DNA from: an uncultured virus (IMG/VR IMGVR_UViG_3300044953_000297) | Taxonomy: Duplodnaviria; Heunggongvirae; Uroviricota; Caudoviricetes | Length of the DNA stretch: 59,088 bases | IMG/VR virus record: IMGVR_UViG_3300044953_000297 | Reading direction: 5' to 3' (one strand) | In this document: in pieces, positions 30,431 through 40,612 of the stretch | How the letters are laid out: the number at the start of each line of letters is the position of its first letter | How positions within the stretch are numbered: the stretch's first letter is position 1 | Notes under the pieces: model-generated | What the model was told of the DNA's origin: nothing | Database searches by the model: none | What the model saw: only the letters and a program-made list of their open reading frames with translations | Position numbers and translations under genes: made by a program

Positions 30431-31078
30431 TTATTTGTTCACCAAAAAATGTTTCCAATCTTGGTGTTTCGCTTCTTTGATTAGAGCATATACTGGAATA
30501 GGCTGAGGCGCCGCTGGATTTTTCAATAGTTTCAAACCAGCTTCACTGTTTAGTCTATTACCCTTTTTGGAGTTAATATCTTTTGAACACAATACCAGAT
30601 TGGTCCAAGAATCTTCTCCACCCTTACTACGAGGAATAACATGGTCAACTGTGGCCCGATGTTTTTCAATTTTTTCACCGGTGTATTGACAAACACCATT
30701 GTCACGGTTAAAAATTGCGTCCTTACTAGGTTTACCCCTAAAATGCTTTACAGGCATCTTGTTGAAGTTAACAGAAATTAATACTGTTGGAACACGAATA
30801 ATTCTGTTTGGAGAATTTATGGTCAAATCCCAACTACGAATCGGTAGAGTCATCCATTCAGTCCAAGATACCGGAGTCATGCTTTTAGGATCATCCAATA
30901 TTGGATCCCCATTTTCGTCGGTCTCGTAATCAATATCCAATGCTGAACTAGTTGGCTTGCCATCAGATTCAGCGCCGCATAAATCAATAATTGCATCTTT
31001 TACGGTTTTAAATCCAACTGGTTGCCAGTTGGCATTCAAATTTAGACATATTAACTTATTTGCTATTGTAGTATTCAT
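30431..31078 (-). CDS. HNH endonuclease (McrA-like)
   Basis: FNRDNGVCQYTG, TVDHVIPRSKGGEDSWTNLVLC, NSKKGN. Confidence 0.9.
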   Translation of the reverse strand: MNTTIANKLICLNLNANWQPVGFKTVKDAIIDLCGAESDGKPTSSALDIDYETDENGDPILDDPKSMTPVSWTEWMTLPIRSWDLTINSPNRIIRVPTVLISVNFNKMPVKHFRGKPSKDAIFNRDNGVCQYTGEKIEKHRATVDHVIPRSKGGEDSWTNLVLCSKDINSKKGNRLNSEAGLKLLKNPAAPQPIPVYALIKEAKHQDWKHFLVNK

Positions 31079-31092
31079 AACTCACAATATAA

Positions 31093-31437
31093 CTATACCA
31101 CACTTTTTATAAATGTCAAGGGATTTTCTTCTCGTTCAAGACTTTCGTCAAGTCTATTCTTAATCATATGTAATGGGCACCGAAACCATTCCTTTTTTCT
31201 GTCGGTTGCAAAATATTTCATATTTTCTTGAATTTTCTTTTCTGCTGAATAACAATCCGGGTGTTTTACATAGTGCTCTATCTTATAATCCCGAAATGGA
31301 GACGAAGTTTGATAGGTTCTTAATCTGGAGTTTATATCGTGTGTAACTCCAATTTTGTAATATTCTGGAAAATGAATATTACTGATTATATATATGTATC
31401 CTTCTTTTTTTCTAGATAATTTCGTCTGCGAGTCCAT
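31093..31437 (-). CDS. GIY-YIG (T5orf172-like) domain protein
   Basis: GYIYII..YYKIGVT..RLRTYQTSSP..AEKKI..EWF. Confidence 0.8.
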   Translation of the reverse strand: MDSQTKLSRKKEGYIYIISNIHFPEYYKIGVTHDINSRLRTYQTSSPFRDYKIEHYVKHPDCYSAEKKIQENMKYFATDRKKEWFRCPLHMIKNRLDESLEREENPLTFIKSVV

Positions 31438-32014
31438 ATTTTACAGCATCTTCTGCGTTCAAATATATATCACGTTTTAATACCTCATTTAACTCAGACT
31501 CACCAAATTTAGTATGTTTTAAGTAAATAGACTTAATTATATCTGATAACATATCCAAATTGTGAGTTTCGTCTTTAAAGTTTTCATGAGTTCCTTGAAA
31601 CCAACTACGAACTTGATGAATCAACATTACTGAATTTTTATTGATATATCTTTTATGACAGCTTACGCTGATGAGTGTTGCAGCGCTGGCAACCAAACCT
31701 TCTACATAACTGTGTACAGGCACTTTACTGGTTCGTATTCTGTCTACAGTGGACAAGGCTCCAAATACCTGACCCCCATCGCTATTTATGTATAATTTTA
31801 TTGGAGCCGGATTTGGTAAATCAAAGGTTATTTGGTGTATTAACAGTTGTTTGGAAAGATCGGTTATCGATTTGTTTATTGTGAATATAGACTCATTATT
31901 TACATCCGAATAAAAATATATATCATTACTTGTTATAACCGATGAATATTTTGTTTTATCGTGTTGAATATCTTGGTCATCTAAATCAGCAGTTAGCATT
32001 AATTTTTTAGACAT
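31412..32014 (-). CDS. clpP: ClpP-like protease subunit
   Basis: IKLYINSDGG, GLVASAATLI, MLIHQ, RDIYLNAEDAVKYGLADEI. Confidence 0.85.
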   Translation of the reverse strand: MSKKLMLTADLDDQDIQHDKTKYSSVITSNDIYFYSDVNNESIFTINKSITDLSKQLLIHQITFDLPNPAPIKLYINSDGGQVFGALSTVDRIRTSKVPVHSYVEGLVASAATLISVSCHKRYINKNSVMLIHQVRSWFQGTHENFKDETHNLDMLSDIIKSIYLKHTKFGESELNEVLKRDIYLNAEDAVKYGLADEII

Positions 32015-32085
32015 GTTACTTTATAAATAGAAATCGTGTAAATTATAAAATTATTTTTATTGATCTAATCAATACATATGGAAGT

Positions 32086-33216
32086 ATGAATACTTGGAAA
32101 CTTAACGAAAACCACTTCACTTGGTTAGATAGGTTAAAAATTTGCAAGTTTTTTTTAAATACTAAAAATTTTTGGACATATGGTAAATATGTTAAAAAGT
32201 TTGAAGAAGAGATGACAAAATATGTAGGCGTCAAACATGCGTTATTTGTTTCAAGTGGGTCAACGGCCAATACAGTATTAGCATATTATTTAGGAACCGT
32301 GACGACCAAAAAGAAGATTATATTTCCATCTGTGACTTGGGCAACATCAATTACACCATTTGTTAAGTGCGGATTTGAACCAATATTTGTAGATGTGTCA
32401 TTAAATGATTTATCGGCAAATTTAGATGAAATTGAAACTATACTTCAAAATGACAAAGATATCGCTTTGATATTTGTCACATCCCTATTGGGTGTATCTC
32501 CCGATATTGGTAGATTAAAACAAATAGAAGCTAAGTATGGTGTTAGGGTTATGTTGGATAATTGCGAAAGTACACTTAGTAGTTATAATGGAAAAAATTT
32601 AAGCAGTTATTTCACATCTACTACTAGTACATATTTTGGACATTTGTTACAAAGTGTAGAAGGCGGATTTGTGTTCACCAACGATGATTCAGAATACGAA
32701 ATGTTCAATATGATTCGAAATCATGGTATGTACAGACATTTGGAGCCAAACAGAACCGAAAAGTATAGAAATAAAGATGTAGATTCTAGGTTTGATTTTT
32801 ATACCATTGGAAATAATTTTAGAAATAGTGACATTCACGCATTCATAGGATTATTAGACTTTTCTAGAACCAATAAATATATAAGTCATAGAAAAGATTG
32901 TTATCAACACTTTGTTAAGTGTCTTAATAAAGATAGATACTACACCATTGATTTTAATGATGAAAATATTATGTTTTCGTTGCCTATAATCTGCAAATCA
33001 TCGTCTGACCTACAATCAATTAAAGATTATTGTGACAAAAACAATATAGAGTATAGACCGATTGTAGGTGGTAATATTTTGAAACAAACCGCATTTAAAA
33101 AATATTCGTATAAATCATATGAAAACGTTGACACCATACATCAATGTGGAATTTATATTGGGTTACATTATGGTGTCAACAAATCTCAAATAGAAGAGTT
33201 TTGTTCTTCTATTTAA
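32086..33216 (+). CDS. DegT/DnrJ-family PLP enzyme, ColD-like dehydratase
   Basis: FVSSGSTAN, DNCES, STYFGHLLQSVEGG (His at the usual PLP-Lys position), RPIVGGN. Confidence 0.85.
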   Translation: MNTWKLNENHFTWLDRLKICKFFLNTKNFWTYGKYVKKFEEEMTKYVGVKHALFVSSGSTANTVLAYYLGTVTTKKKIIFPSVTWATSITPFVKCGFEPIFVDVSLNDLSANLDEIETILQNDKDIALIFVTSLLGVSPDIGRLKQIEAKYGVRVMLDNCESTLSSYNGKNLSSYFTSTTSTYFGHLLQSVEGGFVFTNDDSEYEMFNMIRNHGMYRHLEPNRTEKYRNKDVDSRFDFYTIGNNFRNSDIHAFIGLLDFSRTNKYISHRKDCYQHFVKCLNKDRYYTIDFNDENIMFSLPIICKSSSDLQSIKDYCDKNNIEYRPIVGGNILKQTAFKKYSYKSYENVDTIHQCGIYIGLHYGVNKSQIEEFCSSI

Positions 33217-33221
33217 TTACT

Positions 33222-34220
33222 TTATATACGAGTTATACATAATATTTTATCGTCGGTATCATACACTATTGTGTTGACAACCGAAGTATTGTTTTTATCA
33301 GTCAGTTGTATTGAAACTTTAGTGTTCGAATCTATATTTCGGGTCTGATACCAGCTTCTTGACCCCCTATATTCATCGTACACTAAATTTTCGTTTATAT
33401 ACACTTTTACCTTATACACTTCGGTTGATGTGGTGTTATAATACATTGCATGCACCGACCCGGTTACACTTTTTGTCAAAAAAAATGACTGCGTAGCTTG
33501 AAAATTTATGTTATTGTGTCTAATATTAAATTCTTCATTTCCATTTAAATACGGAAAGTCTTCAAGTTTTATTTCATAAATATCATCGTTTTTATGTCTG
33601 AAACAATTGTAGAACGCGACCTCTTATATTTTGTGAGTGCCAATATTGTGGGAGTTTTGTGGTAAATTACAATCGTGGTAGTTATCAGGATATTGTAAAT
33701 TTTCAATTACAAACTTTATGTTTGCAAAAAAGTTTGTGGTGTGTAACATTTTTTCATATGAAAATTCTCCTACTACAGCACACATTTTTTTAACATTTAG
33801 AATATCAAAGAAATATTGCAATTGATTTACATTGACTAAAATATCATCTTCTGTGTAATACGCATTATCGAATCCAAGAAAGTTTGCGGTATTAAATAAA
33901 AATTTGATGTTTCTATTGATTATCAAATCTGTTGAATCTTGAAACAAAATGTAGTCAATATTTGATATATTAAATGTAAAACATGCGACACCTCCGAGAC
34001 CGGAACAATATGCATTTCTATAAAATGATGCTGGTTTTATTTCTTTTTCTTTATTTATAATGATATAATCGACCATCGAATAAATTGATTGTGGAACTTC
34101 ACATCCAGAACACAAAATTATTGGAATGTTTAATGTTTTAAAACTTAAAATTTGTTTTTCCAATACTTTTATTTTTTTCTCATTTATTGGATACGAATTT
34201 ATAAGTATGCATTTTTTCAT
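33222..34220 (-). pseudogene. hypothetical glycosylation-island protein with one in-frame TAA
   Basis: Track ORFs 33624..34220 and 33222..33479 share one frame, broken only by TAA at 33624-33626; related to 35821..36856. Confidence 0.6.
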
Positions 34221-35029
34221 ATATGTGAGTATATATATCCTTCATTAGAGTGTCTCATATGGAATAAGTCTATGGTTTTTCTCTTATAGTATATTTCTCC
34301 ATCAAAGTACGGTGCATTTTGCAATCTTTCTATTAAATTTTGTTGGAATAAAAATCCTAATTTTGGATTGTCTAATGTGAGACGACCGTGAATTTCGACG
34401 CTGATATTTTTTATTTTGGATAAATTTTCGTCACTTATTCCCTCAAATACATTATATTCGTGTCCTTCAACATCCACCTTTAGAAAATCAACAGTATCTA
34501 AAAGTTTTTGGTCAAATAAATAATTTAGAGTTACACAGTATGTGAGAGAATCGTCTTTTTTACGATATTTATCATCTTGCAAATTATTTTCTTTGCTCCA
34601 AACGGTGTTTAAATTTTTGAACCCAACTTCATCGCTTATTGCAAATTGATATAACGATGAATTTGGAATATTGTTCATTAAGAATGCTTTGCTTTCTTTT
34701 GAAGACGGCTCAAATGCTATAATCTTTTTTGCTCCTCTCTGATAAGCAAAATAAGAAGTTAATCCACAGCTTGCACCTATATCTACAAACACATTGCACG
34801 AATTATCTATAATACAACCCCCAGCTTCTATTAATGAGTTTCCAGATGTTAAGAATTGTGAATCGTGATATTTCGAAAAGTCAAATGCTTCCAAATAAGT
34901 GTAACATGCTTTTGGATATTGTCCACATCTAATATTATCATAATTATATACATTTGGCTCAAAATGATACAATGTGGGATCATTGTGATAGCCGTCTACA
35001 TAACAATAAAATGGAAATTTTTGTGTCAA
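34217..35029 (-). CDS. FkbM-family methyltransferase
   Basis: FVDIGASCG, IAFEPS, VDFLKVDVEGHEY, ISVEIH. Confidence 0.85.
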   Translation of the reverse strand: MTQKFPFYCYVDGYHNDPTLYHFEPNVYNYDNIRCGQYPKACYTYLEAFDFSKYHDSQFLTSGNSLIEAGGCIIDNSCNVFVDIGASCGLTSYFAYQRGAKKIIAFEPSSKESKAFLMNNIPNSSLYQFAISDEVGFKNLNTVWSKENNLQDDKYRKKDDSLTYCVTLNYLFDQKLLDTVDFLKVDVEGHEYNVFEGISDENLSKIKNISVEIHGRLTLDNPKLGFLFQQNLIERLQNAPYFDGEIYYKRKTIDLFHMRHSNEGYIYSHI

Positions 35030-35532
35030 AAGTCTAAATATAGTTGGTTTGTATTTTCCGTTTTGGTATTTGATAATAATTTTCTAAGTTCGTCGTCATC
35101 AACAAAATTATAATTTTTTGAATTTTTTGCACCATCAATATGCTGTGTCTTTAACCATCCTTTTTTATTGACAACTATATTATCAGTTTTGCCTGTGGAT
35201 TCACAAATAAACCCAGATATATATTCGGCAAAACTAATTATGGCGTTAGTTCGTTCGTTACCACCTTCAATATAGAATCTGAGTATAGCAAACTTTTCTT
35301 TAACTTGTTTTACTTTGATTTGCTTAACAGGCAAATATTTATCCGGATATTTTTCCGACCATTTATTTTGTTGGTCAATGTAGTCTTGTAGATAACGACT
35401 CAACCAAAGTATAAGTCTGAACCATCCGTCATTACATTCAAATCCAAAAAGTGTAAATGGTTCGTTTTGACCACAGCCTTTATACATCTTTGGAAATTTT
35501 TTTATCAGATAATTTTGTAAATTTTCGTTCAT
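35026..35532 (-). CDS. conserved hypothetical phage protein
   Basis: GFECNDGWF..QVKEKFAILRFY..ICESTG motif common in phage proteins. Confidence 0.7.
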   Translation of the reverse strand: MNENLQNYLIKKFPKMYKGCGQNEPFTLFGFECNDGWFRLILWLSRYLQDYIDQQNKWSEKYPDKYLPVKQIKVKQVKEKFAILRFYIEGGNERTNAIISFAEYISGFICESTGKTDNIVVNKKGWLKTQHIDGAKNSKNYNFVDDDELRKLLSNTKTENTNQLYLDF

Positions 35533-35619
35533 AACACTCTGTATACTACACTATGCAATTTTTGTTTATAAATCAAGTTAAATTAAATAGATGCCAAAAA
35601 ATATTTTCTATTTATAAAT

Positions 35620-35817
35620 ATGAGTCACATTATACCAAAACATGGAATGGTATACGGAATAAAATTTCAAATTAAGGATACAAATACAATCCGAATTTGG
35701 AAGCCAACAGATATTACATTTTCAGCTTTCAAATATAAATGTGATTTTATAATAAAATATTTAATAGATGAGGGTTTTTTTAATAAAACTAAATGTAAGG
35801 TTGAAGTGGTTACATAA
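35620..35817 (+). CDS. hypothetical protein
   Basis: ATG after TATTTATA. Confidence 0.5.
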   Translation: MSHIIPKHGMVYGIKFQIKDTNTIRIWKPTDITFSAFKYKCDFIIKYLIDEGFFNKTKCKVEVVT

Positions 35818-35820
35818 TTT

Positions 35821-36856
35821 ATGAGTAATAATGTTATTTTGTTTTTAACCTCGCCAACATCGTGGGATAGGAGTGAGATGTGTTTATCCAATTTTAAACA
35901 GTTGGAAAAACTTGGATATGATATAATTACACTTACAACATCCGATGGACTTCCAAAGTATATTTATGAAAAATCTAGATTGGTTATTCATGATTATGCA
36001 GAACATAAATGTGAAAAAAAACATTATTACAAACATTTTAAAAACGCCGGGGTTTGGTTATTTTTCCTGGCAATCATTGTCTAACGATTCTTATGCCGAA
36101 GCAAGGTTCTTTCATGAAACTCACTTTCCATCACTATTAAGAAATACACGAACTTTAATAGAAGTTAGTAAATCGTTTGGATATGAAAAGTATTTCTATA
36201 CAGAAGACGATCATTATATAAACGATGATGATTTTCATCTGGTTGAGTCAAATTTTAAACTATTAGATTCAAATGATTTGGTCATATACAAATTTGACCC
36301 ACGCTCACAGAATTCATCTGGAGAATATGTATACTGTTCATATTTACATTTTGGAAAATGTAATTCTATGCAAAACATTGTGAAAAACTTTCCGTATACA
36401 TCATATCAATTTATAAAATCTGATCCTTCTATTTTTATGCATTTTTATGAACGTTTAATAACTACTCTGATCAACGTGCATAAATACGAAGGGTTTAAAG
36501 TTTTTGAACACTCGGAGTTAATCACGAATATGTTCAAAAACTCCAAACTAAACATGGTGTACTCTTACTGTAACTTACTGGACGATTCTAGATGTAATAT
36601 TATTTACGATAAAAATAACAATAAAAATGTTTTTTACTACAATTCGACTGGCATACCTCAGAGTCTTAATTTAAAAATTCGCATTAATGATTCTATTATT
36701 ACAGACAAAATCATGCATCCTGGATGCTGGTTTTGTCTGGAGATTGGTGATCAAGACTTAAATAATACGGACATTATAATTAATGATAAACTAATTAAGT
36801 CGTTCAAAAGTTTAAACATTAATGATGTTGTTTATAACGGAGAAATTAGTTATTAA
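35821..36856 (+). CDS. hypothetical glycosylation-island protein, frameshifted near 36040-36050
   Basis: Track ORFs 35821..36084 and 35945..36856 overlap and join at an A/G run; FGYEKYFYTEDD shared with the 33222..34220 paralog. Confidence 0.6.
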
Positions 36857-37153
36857 CTCATCAACATTTTTAATATCTGTCAAATTAAATTCGTCATTGC
36901 AATTATTGATAATAATTTCGGTATAACCAAATTGTTTCAAAAATTTTAATATTGATGTCAAACTGGCAGTCAAACTAGTTTCTTCCTTTATATGAAAAAT
37001 TTGTTCAAAATCTTTATATATTGTTTTTTTTAAGTCACATTCGTTTGTTACCAAAAAATGTTTGTATATATACTCACATAAATTTTTATGTTTGAACAAA
37101 TTGTTTTTATTTGCATCTTTATCTTTGTAGAGTATATGTACAACTGCTTTCAT
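36812..37153 (-). CDS. hypothetical protein
   Basis: ORF abutting 37154..37903. Confidence 0.5.
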   Translation of the reverse strand: MKAVVHILYKDKDANKNNLFKHKNLCEYIYKHFLVTNECDLKKTIYKDFEQIFHIKEETSLTASLTSILKFLKQFGYTEIIINNCNDEFNLTDIKNVDELITNFSVINNIINV

Positions 37154-37903
37154 TTATTTTATTTTATATATAAATTCATTTGACTCTGGTTCAACACCTT
37201 TTTGCAAAAAGTTATAACTGTATTCATATCTTCCAATATGCGCTAGTCTAATTGTGGTGTCACAATATATATCTGTTCCACTGTCTCTAGCACGCTTACA
37301 GAACGAAAAGTCTTCGCCAACATAATTATCTTCTATAATCATTGGTAAAAACCAAGGATGAGCTTTATATTGACCACCCCAAATATTTACTGGTTTAAGA
37401 TCGAAAGTTTTTGCAATTTTTTCGTATACATTTACACGCGTATACATAAATCCGGTTGCAGCATACTCAGCTTCATATAAACCGCCTTTGTTGCCGAATA
37501 TAATTTCTTTAAAATCACTTTTAAATTTTGTGGTGAGAGTAGGCCACCCTTTAACACTATATGCTCCTGTAACGAATGGGAGATTGTAATTTAAAATTTT
37601 GTAAACATCTGGAACATAAAAACTAATGTCGCTGTCTATCCAAAACAAATGTTCATATCCATTGTCAATTGCTTGTTGTGCCATTACACATCTTCCCTGA
37701 TCGATAGCGCTAAATCCAAATTTTCTATACACTTTTACACCATCTTTTTCCAGTTGACGAAGCGACTCATCACATGCTGGCTCTATGTGTGATGCCACAG
37801 GAACTAGAATTATTAATTTAGAAAGTTGATCTTTAGTGGGGATGAAATTAATTTCTTTACGAAAAACGGACGTCGAGTCTGATTTTTTTATAAAATTAAA
37901 CAT
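37154..37903 (-). CDS. GT2-like glycosyltransferase
   Basis: HLFWIDSDISF, ATGFMY, GEDFSFC, LAHIG. Confidence 0.75.
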   Translation of the reverse strand: MFNFIKKSDSTSVFRKEINFIPTKDQLSKLIILVPVASHIEPACDESLRQLEKDGVKVYRKFGFSAIDQGRCVMAQQAIDNGYEHLFWIDSDISFYVPDVYKILNYNLPFVTGAYSVKGWPTLTTKFKSDFKEIIFGNKGGLYEAEYAATGFMYTRVNVYEKIAKTFDLKPVNIWGGQYKAHPWFLPMIIEDNYVGEDFSFCKRARDSGTDIYCDTTIRLAHIGRYEYSYNFLQKGVEPESNEFIYKIK

Positions 37904-37959
37904 AACATATCTTATATATATTTATTGTCGTATCTATATATTATTATATTTAAAGTTTT

Positions 37960-38493
37960 ATGCAGCAAAATTTAGTTAATATTCCACAACCAGCATTGTT
38001 TCCACTCAACGTACATACTATCGTAGAAATACCAAAGGATACAAATGCAAAGTATGAATATGATGCTAAATTAAATGTTTTGAGGTTGGATAGATGTCTG
38101 ATTAGTTCTCTTCAATATCCCGCGAGTTATGGTTTTCTGCCACAAACATTGTCCGAAGATGGTGACCCAACTGACATTTTAATTTATAATACTGTTCCAC
38201 TTGTGCCACTTTCACTCGTAACAGTCAAAATTGTTGGAGGGTTAGTTACATATGATCGTGGTAAAAGGGATTATAAAATGTTAGGTGTGCCTACCTATAA
38301 CCCAAATAATTATGAGGATATAGATGATTTAGATCCTATGTTTCTGACTGTGTGTGAGGACTTTTTCAGACTATACAAAAAAGTTAATAAAAAGCCGAAT
38401 CCTATCAAAGTAAAAGGGTGGATTCACCATAAGGAAGCTCAAAAGTATATTATTGACTGTCATAACAATTTTAAAGTCAATTTTAACAAGTAA
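37960..38493 (+). CDS. ppa: Inorganic pyrophosphatase (family I)
   Basis: VEIPKDTNAKYEYD, LDR, YPASYGFLPQTLSEDGDPTD, DYK. Confidence 0.93.
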   Translation: MQQNLVNIPQPALFPLNVHTIVEIPKDTNAKYEYDAKLNVLRLDRCLISSLQYPASYGFLPQTLSEDGDPTDILIYNTVPLVPLSLVTVKIVGGLVTYDRGKRDYKMLGVPTYNPNNYEDIDDLDPMFLTVCEDFFRLYKKVNKKPNPIKVKGWIHHKEAQKYIIDCHNNFKVNFNK

Positions 38494-38510
38494 TTATATA
38501 TTTATATCAT

Positions 38511-38873
38511 ATGTTAGTCACCAATTTACTTACATTACACAACCAGCTTAAAATACATCACTGGCAAACAAAAAGTTATGCCGAACATCAAGCACTTGGA
38601 TCCGCATATGACGAATTCACCGACTTGATAGATGAATTTATTGAAGTCTTGATGGGTAAGTATGGCAGAGTAAAAAGTGAAAGTGGGTTCAAAATTGAAC
38701 TGTCTAATTATGAAGATTTATCAACCGTGGACTTTGTAGATAAATATATTGATTATTTAATTACCGAAGTACCAAAGGGATTGGAAGTTGAAAAAGATAC
38801 TGATCTATTAAACATTCGTGACGAAATGTTAGGCACGCTTAATAAACTCAAGTACCTATTAACCCTACAATAA
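38511..38873 (+). CDS. Ferritin/Dps-like four-helix protein
   Basis: HHWQTKSYAEHQAL..DLIDEFIE..GKYGR..NIRDEML..KYLLTL. Confidence 0.8.
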   Translation: MLVTNLLTLHNQLKIHHWQTKSYAEHQALGSAYDEFTDLIDEFIEVLMGKYGRVKSESGFKIELSNYEDLSTVDFVDKYIDYLITEVPKGLEVEKDTDLLNIRDEMLGTLNKLKYLLTLQ

Positions 38874-38874
38874 C

Positions 38875-39243
38875 ATGGATAAGCTTGACAAGTATGCAAT
38901 AGTTAAATTCATCAAGTTCATACACGATGAATTAAATTTGAATTCCCCATTTAAAGTAAAATTAGTGACTAATCATGATGTGGATTTAAAAACATATGCA
39001 TATTATGATCCGAACAGTGGTTTTGTAAAAGTTTATTGTAAAAACCGAGGTTTAGCCGATGTTTTAAGAAGTATAGCTCACGAATTGATTCATCATTTGC
39101 AAAATCAACGTGGTGAGTTGAATCAACCTGTACCTGATATTGGTGGTAAAATTGAAGACGAAGCTAATAGTGTGGCTGGACAACTTGTGAAAATGTTTGG
39201 ATATCAAAATCCAAATCTTACAATTTATAATAAAAATTTATAA
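38875..39243 (+). CDS. putative zinc metallopeptidase-like protein
   Basis: DVLRSIAHELIHHLQ..IEDEANS (HExxH plus downstream E). Confidence 0.65.
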   Translation: MDKLDKYAIVKFIKFIHDELNLNSPFKVKLVTNHDVDLKTYAYYDPNSGFVKVYCKNRGLADVLRSIAHELIHHLQNQRGELNQPVPDIGGKIEDEANSVAGQLVKMFGYQNPNLTIYNKNL

Positions 39244-39609
39244 ATTGCGGACACTTTTAAAAAATTTTAAGTTGATATTGTCTGTGTCGTATACTTTTAT
39301 ATCGGAGTCTTTTAATCCAAAAAACCTTTTTGATTTTGTATATAATCTAGTTCCAATCTTTTTTCTACGGTATAATTTCTTGACATATACCATAAATTGA
39401 TAGTTTTTATTGGTTTTTTGAATTATACTCCACCCAACACATTTTGATCCACATTTTGCAATAAAAACTCTATTCTTTATTGATTTTTCTGGATTGCAAC
39501 ATTCAACATACACGTTGTATATTGCTCCCGTACTGACCATTTTAGCGCACGCTTTTTCTTCAAATGGCGTTAAGTCTTTAGCTTGTTTGGAATATATTCT
39601 AATCCTCAC
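39238..39609 (-). CDS. GNAT-family acetyltransferase
   Basis: VGWS..VYVKKLYRRKKIGTRL..KFF. Confidence 0.7.
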   Translation of the reverse strand: MRIRIYSKQAKDLTPFEEKACAKMVSTGAIYNVYVECCNPEKSIKNRVFIAKCGSKCVGWSIIQKTNKNYQFMVYVKKLYRRKKIGTRLYTKSKRFFGLKDSDIKVYDTDNINLKFFKSVRNL

Positions 39610-39612
39610 ATA

Positions 39613-39750
39613 TTATAAATATGATTTAACTGTTTGATACAATTCATCGTTGAATTGAGTTAATTTAAAAGTGGGAAATTCCATTTCAAAATCTTTAACA
39701 TCAATTGCATATCTGTACTCGGGCCCTTTACGACCAGTTACATATTCATA
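39613..39750 (-). pseudogene. rfbB: C-terminal remnant of dTDP-glucose 4,6-dehydratase
   Basis: YEYVTGRKGPEYRYAID..LYQTVKSYL matches the RmlB tail (V-DR-GHD-RYAID..L-TV-WY); lies directly after rfbA and the rmlD-like gene. Confidence 0.65.
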
Positions 39751-40612
39751 CGGTCCAATTTTTGATACAATAATCTACAGCTTCATACGACGTTTTCATT
39801 TTTATCCCAGTTGATAGTAACTTCTCATTACTCATAACGCAATTTGAACGAGAAGTTTTGACTACATTTTTATAGAACTCATCTTCGTCTACAAATTGGA
39901 AATTTTTATCTTTAGCAATGGTATTTTTTAACTTCTCTACAATACCTTTTGTAGTGATATACCCCCCATTGGTCACATTATATGTACCATATGGTACTTT
40001 TTTGGTTAGTGTTTGAATACAAGCACTTACAAACTCTTGTTTATTGCTCACACTGTTTTCGGCATCTAACAATCGTTCATACTTTAATATTTTGCTTATA
40101 TAATTTCTAGAATTATCATTTTCTTCAAATGGAATTCTTAATCTCCAAATATAATTCTTTTCCCACTTGGATATGATTTGTTCAGCAATTGCTTTTGTAC
40201 CGCTATAAAAACTGCTGTTGTTATACTTAAAATTTAAATTTGGTTCGTCCTCTTCAGTGAATGGTTTGCCGTCTAATCTTCTTCCATCATATATACAACC
40301 ACTTGATACATGACCTAATGGAATATCGTTCAACATACACCAATCGGTTAGTATTTGTGGCCAAATAATATTACCGTGTATTGTATCTTCTTTATTAAGT
40401 TCACACGCATCAACATTTGGTTTTCCAGTATAACCCGCCGCGTTTATTACACCACCGATTAGTGGATAACCGGCTTCTTCGTACCATTTTTCTAAATCAA
40501 CGAATGTGGTGGTTTTAGCGTTTGGCCATAAAAAAACAGGAAGTTTAAGTTCGTCGAGTTGTTTTTTAAATTCTCCGCCAATATAACCTGTTGAGCCAAA
40601 TAATATTATCAT
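39746..40612 (-). CDS. dTDP-4-dehydrorhamnose reductase / 3,5-epimerase-reductase-like SDR
   Basis: GSTGYIG, NAAGYTGKPNVDACE, SSGCIY, FYSGTK, RLRIP, RSNCVM. Confidence 0.85.
   Translation of the reverse strand: MIILFGSTGYIGGEFKKQLDELKLPVFLWPNAKTTTFVDLEKWYEEAGYPLIGGVINAAGYTGKPNVDACELNKEDTIHGNIIWPQILTDWCMLNDIPLGHVSSGCIYDGRRLDGKPFTEEDEPNLNFKYNNSSFYSGTKAIAEQIISKWEKNYIWRLRIPFEENDNSRNYISKILKYERLLDAENSVSNKQEFVSACIQTLTKKVPYGTYNVTNGGYITTKGIVEKLKNTIAKDKNFQFVDEDEFYKNVVKTSRSNCVMSNEKLLSTGIKMKTSYEAVDYCIKNWTV

Noticed and set aside
10310..34220. Stop-codon reassignment
   Set aside because: The in-frame stops are of all three types (TGA 10454, TAA 10573, TAA 12810, TAG 13149, TAA 33624), and conserved genes read intact in the standard code. 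Decay or sequencing error is more likely.
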